The translations under genes and the position numbers were made by a program. Below, in pieces: positions 57,752 to 64,000 of a DNA stretch of 64,000 nt. The DNA is from Candidatus Nanoarchaeia archaeon (GTDB taxonomy: Archaea > Nanobdellota > Nanobdellia > Tiddalikarchaeales > Tiddalikarchaeaceae). Within the stretch, counting starts at the first letter, position 1. The number at the start of each line of letters is the position of its first letter. The DNA is taken from positions 33,215 to 97,214 of the forward strand of contig JBAZFK010000002.1 of NCBI GenBank assembly GCA_041653395.1. Reading direction: 5' to 3'. Below the pieces are notes generated by a model. That model was not told the origin of the DNA. It saw only the letters and a program-made list of their open reading frames with translations, and did no database searches.

Positions 57752-58402
57752 TTGGTTATGGGGGATGATTTAATTACTTACCAGAAGATTCGTGAGATTC
57801 AAAGGGATGAAAGAAGCAACACAACATTATGCAAATTGCCAGAAAACCTCCTAGAAATGATTCAATCTTATTTGACTGAAAAAAAGAACTTTTTAGAAAA
57901 GAATTCGGATGAGCACAACATTTTTTCAATGGACAAATTTTCAAGAGCTGAATATGAATTCAAAAACACTAAAGTAAGCATACAAAACATTTTTGACATA
58001 AGGCATAAAAAAATAATAGAAAAAGCCTTCCAAGTCTCAAAAAATAACATGAAAATGAAAGACACAACAAACATGCTTTATTTTGAAACAAGAATCTTTT
58101 TGCAATTAATAGATTTATTTGATAACTATAATAATAACTGCATAAATGCCCTAATAACCAATAAAAAGCCCATATTTGAGTTTTTTAGCACTAAAGATGA
58201 AGGGCAATCTTTAAAAATAGACAAAGATTTTTTAAATAAAGAAAAAGATAAAAAGCTTATAAAAATAATAAATGATGTTCCCTTATTCATATGGGAAGAT
58301 AACAGCAAATTCGGTCCATATAAACCAGAAGATATGGTATTTTTGCCTGATAAAATAAGCGAATTATTAGTTAAGCAAAAAATGGCCCAAGAAGTAGAGT
58401 GA
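57752..58402 (+). CDS. hypothetical protein, possibly a GINS subunit (Gins51-like)
   Basis: N-terminal YQKIREIQRDERSNTTLCKLPENLLEMIQSYL resembles the GINS A-domain start. Unverified. Confidence 0.35.
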   Translation: MVMGDDLITYQKIREIQRDERSNTTLCKLPENLLEMIQSYLTEKKNFLEKNSDEHNIFSMDKFSRAEYEFKNTKVSIQNIFDIRHKKIIEKAFQVSKNNMKMKDTTNMLYFETRIFLQLIDLFDNYNNNCINALITNKKPIFEFFSTKDEGQSLKIDKDFLNKEKDKKLIKIINDVPLFIWEDNSKFGPYKPEDMVFLPDKISELLVKQKMAQEVE

Positions 58403-58409
58403 AAAAAAA

Positions 58410-58721
58410 ATGAAAATACCAAAAAGCATAATGCATTATTGCCCCACATGCAAAAAGCATACTTTACAGAATATTATTCAAAATAAAAGCGGAAAAAAAA
58501 GAGGTTCAATGACCCAAGGTGCAAGAAGGCATGAAAGAAGGGGAGGAATACATGGATATGGAGGATTCCCAAGACCTCAGCCGGAAAAAAGCCCAAGGCA
58601 CAGGAAGAAAACCACTAAAAGGATTGACATGAGGCTTGAATGCTTAACCTGCAAGAAGAAATCAACATTAGTGAATACTTTCAGGATTAAAAAGTTTGAA
58701 ATAGTAAAAACAGGTGTATAA
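58410..58721 (+). CDS. rpl44e: 50S ribosomal protein L44e
   Basis: YCPTCKKHT ... CLTCKK zinc ribbon and Arg/Lys-rich core. Confidence 0.85.
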   Translation: MKIPKSIMHYCPTCKKHTLQNIIQNKSGKKRGSMTQGARRHERRGGIHGYGGFPRPQPEKSPRHRKKTTKRIDMRLECLTCKKKSTLVNTFRIKKFEIVKTGV

Positions 58722-58899
58722 AAATATGAAAAAGAATTCGTCTAATTTTTTAAAAGTGAAATGCAATAAATGCAAAAATGAGCAAATAATCTTCAATAAG
58801 CCCAGTACTCAAGTGAAATGCTTGGTGTGCGGCGAAGAGCTAGGCAAACTATCTGGCGGAAAAATAAAGCTTAACTCAAAGCCTTTGAGCAATTATTGA
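58714..58899 (+). CDS. rps27e: 30S ribosomal protein S27e
   Basis: FLKVKCNKCKNEQIIFNKPSTQVKCLVCGEEL. Confidence 0.85.
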   Translation: MYKNMKKNSSNFLKVKCNKCKNEQIIFNKPSTQVKCLVCGEELGKLSGGKIKLNSKPLSNY

Positions 58900-58910
58900 A
58901 AAATTAAAAA

Positions 58911-59690
58911 ATGGTTTATTACAAAAAATCCGGATTCCCTGGAATAAAAGACATAGTATTATGCAAAGTTAAAAAAATTCTCCCCCATAGCGTTTTTGTT
59001 GAATTAGTTGAATATGAAAATAAGGAAGGCATGATTCACATAAGCGAACTGTCAAACAGGTGGACAAGAAACATAAACGAAATAGTTACACTGAACAGCA
59101 TTATTGTTTGCAGAGTTGAAAAAATTGACCAATTAAAAGGCTATATTGATTTAAGCAAAAAAAGAGTGACAAGCGGGGAAGAGAAAGCAAAAAAAGATGA
59201 GATGCAAAACGAAATCCACATTGAGAAAATCATAGAGCATGCGCTGAAAAAAAACAGCATGACTTTAAAAGAATTTTACGAAAAGCAAGGATACAAATTA
59301 ATCGAAGAATACGGCTCACTTCATAACTTTTATGAATACTATTTAGAAGACCCTAAAACATTAAATGAGCTTGAATTCAGCAAGAAAATAATAGAAAGCA
59401 TCAAGGAATCTTTCGAGTCTTTGATTCAAAAAAACAGGGTTAATCAAAAAAAAAAAATAAAAATCTATGCAAATGGAGAAAAAGGGCTTAAAAATTTAAA
59501 AGAATTCGTAGCTGAATTGCTTAAAATACCGGATGAAGACAGCAAAATGAGCATAAAATATATGAATTCTCCTGAATACTTAGTTTCAATAAACAGCAGT
59601 TCTTACAAAAAAGCTGACATTTTCTTTGACAAAGTACTGGCAAAAATGAAAGAATTAAGCAAAAAATTAGATATAAGCGTGCTGCCATGA
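58911..59690 (+). CDS. eif2a: translation initiation factor 2 alpha subunit (aIF2-alpha)
   Basis: S1 domain GMIHISELS..RW, helical and alpha-beta domains. Confidence 0.85.
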   Translation: MVYYKKSGFPGIKDIVLCKVKKILPHSVFVELVEYENKEGMIHISELSNRWTRNINEIVTLNSIIVCRVEKIDQLKGYIDLSKKRVTSGEEKAKKDEMQNEIHIEKIIEHALKKNSMTLKEFYEKQGYKLIEEYGSLHNFYEYYLEDPKTLNELEFSKKIIESIKESFESLIQKNRVNQKKKIKIYANGEKGLKNLKEFVAELLKIPDEDSKMSIKYMNSPEYLVSINSSSYKKADIFFDKVLAKMKELSKKLDISVLP

Positions 59691-59836
59691 TTCATTATTG
59701 CCTAAAATGCAAAGAATACACTTTGCTTGACACCTGCAGCATCTGCAGTGCAAAAACAACAGTAAAAAAGCCAGCAAAATTCAGCATAAGCAAGGATTAT
59801 TCAAAGCAAAGGCTTAAATCAAAGGGATACTTATGA
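59687..59836 (+). CDS. nop10: H/ACA RNP protein Nop10
   Basis: 49-aa ORF not in the track: MIHYCLKCKEYTLLDTCSICS. ATGA overlaps with both neighbours. Conserved position. Confidence 0.7.
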   Translation: MIHYCLKCKEYTLLDTCSICSAKTTVKKPAKFSISKDYSKQRLKSKGYL

Positions 59837-60594
59837 ATGAGTGCAGCATAAAATGGATAAAAAGGGCTGATTTGGCAGGAGCTAATGTTATTTTAGGCAT
59901 TCCTGGAATCGGAAACGTCTCCAATTTAACTGTTGATTACTTGATTAAGAAATTAAACGCTGAATTAATATGCAAGATTGAATCGATTTATTTGCCAAAT
60001 ATTGCATTAATAACTCCTGAGTCTACGCTTTTGCTTCCGTCTTATGAATTATATTTAAAAAAAATTAAGTCAAAAAAAATAGTTTTTTTAAAAAGCAATT
60101 ATGCTCCAATCAATGAGTATTATAATTATAAATTAACTGATTTTTTAAGCGCTTTTTTAAAAAAGCAAAAAATAAGCCAGGTTTTGACTATTGCAGGAAT
60201 AGCTTACAAGGAAATGCCTAAAACCATTAAGCTTCATGCTGCAACTAATGATTTAAGGCTAAGGAAAAAATTGGAAAAAACAGGGCTGATATTTGATGGA
60301 AACAAAAGCGTTAATTTAATAATAGGCTCAGCAGGATTACTATTAACGTCTTGCAGCAATTTTAAAATCCCAGGTGCCTGCATCTTGGCTTCAACTTTCG
60401 GCCACCCCCAGCATTTAGGAATTAAAGAGAGCAGGGAAGTGATTAATTTCCTAAACAACTATTTTGATTTAAAAATGGACATCTCTGATTTAGATAAAGA
60501 AATAAAGAAAATAAATGCTGAAATCAAAAAAATTGAATTAAGCAATAAAATTGATGAAGAATCAAGCCAAAGAATGAGCAGATATATTGGATAA
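59833..60594 (+). CDS. PAC2 (proteasome assembly chaperone) family protein
   Basis: ILGIPGIGNVSNLTVDYLI N-terminal motif. Conserved position after nop10. Confidence 0.55.
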   Translation: MNECSIKWIKRADLAGANVILGIPGIGNVSNLTVDYLIKKLNAELICKIESIYLPNIALITPESTLLLPSYELYLKKIKSKKIVFLKSNYAPINEYYNYKLTDFLSAFLKKQKISQVLTIAGIAYKEMPKTIKLHAATNDLRLRKKLEKTGLIFDGNKSVNLIIGSAGLLLTSCSNFKIPGACILASTFGHPQHLGIKESREVINFLNNYFDLKMDISDLDKEIKKINAEIKKIELSNKIDEESSQRMSRYIG

Positions 60595-60597
60595 ACC

Positions 60598-61695
60598 TTA
60601 ACCTGTTCCGTAAACTACTGCTCCAAAGCCGTTTCCGCCAAAATCCTGAGAATAAGAATAATCAATTCTTGCCTGAATATTAAGCTCAGTGTCATACTCA
60701 ACAGTTCTTGCGCCGAACCTTAAAACATTAATCTTTGTGAAACCCTTAGTCATCCATAATACTCTTTTTTGCATAGTAGTCTGATCAATCAAGGAGTTAA
60801 TATTAGCTGATGTTGATCCTTGCTGAGTTTCTAATAAAAGCCCGCATAAATCATTAAAGCCGTACTCATTTCCATAATTCTCAATTTTCTTGAATTCCAC
60901 ATAGTAATAGTCATAAAAATCCATTGAACCTGGTTGAATATCAAACCTTTCAGGATTCAAAGTTTCAGAGGTTACTTTAATCCAAGGAGAATTAGGCTCT
61001 AAGGCATCATAAAATATTAATTCTTTAGGGACTCCTAAGACTAATGACTTAATGTAGTTGTCCGAATAGTATGAGTTATCATAATAATCAACTACTCCTG
61101 TGTATTCATTGTAAAGAACTAAATTGACTGTGAAATTCTTAGTCTGATTGTTAGGTAAAGTGGTTACTGATTCATAGCTAGTGTCAAAGTATAGTTTAAT
61201 AGGGCTTTTTGAAGACTCAGAATAGGTGGGAATATAAGTCCTGTCACCCGGAGTTTTTAACAAAATAGTTTTAAGGGCAGTTGAATAAGTTTCATAATAA
61301 GTCCTTACTTTTATATCATTTAATACCAATACTTCTCCAACCCCTAATCTTGGAGCTGTTAATTCCCATTCAAAAGTATTGCTCCTGTTAGGCTGAATGA
61401 ATTCAATATAATCATAGTCTATTGTTGGATTCAAATCATCAGCATTGATTAAAACAGCCATTATATTGTTAAAATAAACCTCAGCAAGATTAATTAAATT
61501 AAGAGTTAGCTTAGTCATTTCACCGCTAAAAATAGTGCTTCTTCTTATTGCTAGATTATCAGTAACCATTATGCTAAGGTTCAAAATTTGGGCAGTTTCT
61601 AAATCATTAGCTGACTGCCTTTGAGTAGTTGTTTGAGTGCATCCTGAAGCTATAATAATTAGTAAAAAAAAAAATGAATAAAGACTCTTATTCAT
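60598..61695 (-). CDS. putative lipoprotein / cell-surface protein
   Basis: signal peptide plus lipobox-like IIASGC. Thr/Asn/Tyr-rich. Confidence 0.5.
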   Translation of the reverse strand: MNKSLYSFFFLLIIIASGCTQTTTQRQSANDLETAQILNLSIMVTDNLAIRRSTIFSGEMTKLTLNLINLAEVYFNNIMAVLINADDLNPTIDYDYIEFIQPNRSNTFEWELTAPRLGVGEVLVLNDIKVRTYYETYSTALKTILLKTPGDRTYIPTYSESSKSPIKLYFDTSYESVTTLPNNQTKNFTVNLVLYNEYTGVVDYYDNSYYSDNYIKSLVLGVPKELIFYDALEPNSPWIKVTSETLNPERFDIQPGSMDFYDYYYVEFKKIENYGNEYGFNDLCGLLLETQQGSTSANINSLIDQTTMQKRVLWMTKGFTKINVLRFGARTVEYDTELNIQARIDYSYSQDFGGNGFGAVVYGTG

Positions 61696-62591
61696 TGCGC
61701 TTTCACCACTGTTAACACTAGATCAGAAACAGGCTTTAAGCAAATAGTGTAATTAATAGTATTAAGGAAATAAGTCTCTAATTCTGATTCAAGAGTCTTT
61801 GATACATTTATTCTGAAACCAAATTGGGAATTAGCATAAACTGTTGTTCCAGTTGCTGGAAACTCGCAAGCGCTTATTCCGCTAGACCTGGCCCTGCAAT
61901 AATTATCTAACCCTATTGTTGTGTTTTTAATCCTTGTTGAACCCTGCAAAGCCCTTAAATTTAAGTCTGTTGAATCAATTTCAAATAATCCATAGCTTAA
62001 AGATTGATCATCTATTGATGTATAATTAGTTAATCCCTGGAAATTATTGTTATAATCATAAGTAATAGTTATATCTAATGAATTAAAGTCTTGCTTTGCA
62101 TTAATCCCCCTTAAATTGCTGAAAGTTATTATCATAGGCCCTACATCAGATGTTGAATAGTCAACTTCGCTGGTTGAAGGAGTCTCTGGAGCAACCCTAA
62201 AATATGCTTTTTTATCCTGGGAGTAATCAAAACAAATGACTGGCCTAAAAACATAGTTTTTTGCAGCAACCCCTGGAGAGGATAATACATCAATAATCCA
62301 TGTTCCTGTTGCTGTAGGGCTAATTTCACTAGGCCCATCTATTCTGAAATCAACTCCTGAAAAAGTCGGCTCAAGCCTCACTTGAAGATTTTCCAAAGAT
62401 TTTTCATAATAATTAGTAATGCTCATTGTAAGCACTGCAGAATCTCCCTGCCTGATAGATAAAGGATTAAGATTATAAGCAAAATTTATTACCCCTGTTG
62501 GAATCACTGGCTCATTAGTAGCTCCATCATCAGTGCATCCGCTTAAAAGAATTATTGCTCCTATTAAAAAAATTATTTTATTCTTCATCAT
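61692..62591 (-). CDS. putative lipoprotein / cell-surface protein
   Basis: signal peptide ILLSGC lipobox. 4-nt overlap with the downstream gene. Confidence 0.5.
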   Translation of the reverse strand: MMKNKIIFLIGAIILLSGCTDDGATNEPVIPTGVINFAYNLNPLSIRQGDSAVLTMSITNYYEKSLENLQVRLEPTFSGVDFRIDGPSEISPTATGTWIIDVLSSPGVAAKNYVFRPVICFDYSQDKKAYFRVAPETPSTSEVDYSTSDVGPMIITFSNLRGINAKQDFNSLDITITYDYNNNFQGLTNYTSIDDQSLSYGLFEIDSTDLNLRALQGSTRIKNTTIGLDNYCRARSSGISACEFPATGTTVYANSQFGFRINVSKTLESELETYFLNTINYTICLKPVSDLVLTVVKAQ

Positions 62592-62628
62592 TTTTTCACC
62601 ATAGTAATTTTATATTTATCAAACTTTT

Positions 62629-63996
62629 TTAAACTTTGCATATGCTAACAACTCCTTTTACAAAATTAGCTGAAGTGTCTAGTGAGGTTCCTAAAGCTGA
62701 ATTAGCTTCTGCAATGCTATTATAGTCACCAACAATGATTGTTCCCCTTAAGCTGTCCAGGCTTGAAATCTCAATGGCTTGGCCATACTTTATTTCATAA
62801 TCAATTTTCATTACAGGTTTTTTATCAACTTCTTGGTAAAATTGATTATAGTTTTTTGAGCAATCATTAACTCCTGAAACAGATTTAAGATTCATTAAGG
62901 TTGAGATTTGCTCATAATCATCCTTTCTTATTGCTGTTATTTGAGATAATGTGCTGTTTAGCTTAATCATCTCTGAAGTTATCTTACTTCCAGTCAATAA
63001 ACTAATGTTGAAATAATCAGAGCGAACAGGGTTGTTTGGCCCAATATTATTGTCAATTATATAAAACATTAATCTGTCAGTTGAAAGTGTAAGCTGGTCA
63101 GAATAAAGCATAATGAGTGAAAATGCGTTATCCCCTATGTCAAATCTTCTTAAAAATACTGATTCATCCTGATCATAATTCATTAATTTCATATCATAAG
63201 GCATTGTATTAGTGTAAGATGCAGTCAAATAATCATAGTCTTTTAATTGGAAACCTATTAAATCAGAGTCTGAGAAAACATTCACTAATCCTTTTTCAGA
63301 ATCTAAGATGTTAATTTCATTCAATTCTATGAAACTTTTATAATCAATGAATTTGTTAATCTTGTCCACTTTTGTCATAACATCATCCCCTTCTGTTATT
63401 AACTCATGGTTGCTTGAAGCGCTTCTGTCCGAAACGCTTGCTTTTACAGAATAAGGCAAATGATTAACATAATAAGTTTCAGTACTCAAAAGTATATTTA
63501 TAGGGTTATCATAAACTTTTTTCAAAAATCCATCTCTAGGGCTGTATCCTATTTTAATGTTATAAAAATAAGGCTCATAAAATGATTCATTTCTGTAAGT
63601 GATTATTGAGCGGTTCAAAGAATTGAAATTTGAAACAGCAGAATCATTTGTTGAAAAATAAACCACTGCATCTTTTTGCATAGCATCATTGTTTTTGAAA
63701 GTTAAAATAACATTATCCATGTCCGAAGTTGCAGTATAAGTGGAGACTAAATACTGCCAATTAATTGAATTAAGATGATTGTTGGTGGCGTTTAAAGAGC
63801 AATAAATATTGTCTCCGAAAACTATTTTGTATTTTATGTAATGATTGAATACATCCCCTGACTTAAAGCCTACGCTTGAATCAGTCCCAAGAGAATAATA
63901 ATCATGCGAGCCATCCAAATTTAGTTTAAAATAGCCACTTGGTGAGGATTCTCCCCTTGTTAAAAAGTCATCTTTTAGTATTCTTGAATCATTCAA
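62629..63996 (-). CDS. secreted/surface protein, probably 5'-truncated by the window edge
   Basis: No signal peptide at the annotated Met. The frame stays open to the window end. Composition resembles the two downstream genes. Confidence 0.4.
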   Translation of the reverse strand: MNDSRILKDDFLTRGESSPSGYFKLNLDGSHDYYSLGTDSSVGFKSGDVFNHYIKYKIVFGDNIYCSLNATNNHLNSINWQYLVSTYTATSDMDNVILTFKNNDAMQKDAVVYFSTNDSAVSNFNSLNRSIITYRNESFYEPYFYNIKIGYSPRDGFLKKVYDNPINILLSTETYYVNHLPYSVKASVSDRSASSNHELITEGDDVMTKVDKINKFIDYKSFIELNEINILDSEKGLVNVFSDSDLIGFQLKDYDYLTASYTNTMPYDMKLMNYDQDESVFLRRFDIGDNAFSLIMLYSDQLTLSTDRLMFYIIDNNIGPNNPVRSDYFNISLLTGSKITSEMIKLNSTLSQITAIRKDDYEQISTLMNLKSVSGVNDCSKNYNQFYQEVDKKPVMKIDYEIKYGQAIEISSLDSLRGTIIVGDYNSIAEANSALGTSLDTSANFVKGVVSICKV

Positions 63997-64000
63997 AATC

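Noticed and set aside
1-64000. CRISPR arrays, rRNA genes, integrase/recombinase genes
   Set aside because: No regularly spaced direct repeats of 24-40 nt were seen. No long GC-rich rRNA-like stretches were seen. No ORF carries the R...HxxR...Y or serine-recombinase motifs.

Overview
The window is a very AT-rich segment of an archaeal chromosome. Small proteins, tight gene packing and archaea-specific informational genes suggest a small-genome DPANN-type archaeon, but lineage cannot be fixed from sequence alone. I identified genes by motif and gene-order recognition, not by database search. My hand-derived coordinates for RNAs and repeats may be off by 1-2 nt; ORF coordinates come from the supplied track.

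Conserved core genes: radA; SRP54 and FtsY; the block prefoldin-alpha / eIF6 / L31e / L39e / S19e; Sec61-beta; L21e-RpoF-DUF655; KsgA; L44e-S27e-aIF2alpha-Nop10-PAC2; a PriS-type primase; a HerA-like ATPase; a bacterial-type GrpE-DnaK-DnaJ operon; and the two subunits of ADP-forming acetyl-CoA synthetase.

RNA genes: four different tRNA-Arg isoacceptors (TCT, CCT, TCG, GCG) lie within about 10 kb, and a tRNA-Pro(TGG) sits on the minus strand. The tRNA-Arg(CCT) carries a roughly 72-nt intron that encodes a canonical box C/D sRNA.

Most interesting:
1. Three tRNA genes (Arg-CCT, Arg-TCG, Pro-TGG) are each followed by a conserved GC-rich element. It has a hairpin with a fixed GG/GG internal loop, compensatory covariation in the outer stem, and a degenerate copy of that tRNA's own T-arm/acceptor 3' strand. 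This looks like a new tRNA-trailer RNA element or an att-derived structure.
2. tRNA-Arg(GCG) heads a tandem array of two genomic islands delimited by three copies of an att-like repeat. Island 1 carries an auto-inhibited (class II) Fic AMPylase bracketed by perfect palindromic operators. Island 2 carries an M16-like peptidase, a SAM methyltransferase, an HExxH protein, small Cys-rich ORFs and a roughly 140-bp nested long inverted repeat.
3. A histidine kinase is fused to a C-terminal CoA-binding domain, next to its response regulator.
4. A radical-SAM / DUF4130 putative DNA-modification pair sits divergent to radA.
5. A novel paralogous protein pair lies between the SRP54 and ftsY genes.

No CRISPR array, rRNA or integrase gene was seen.
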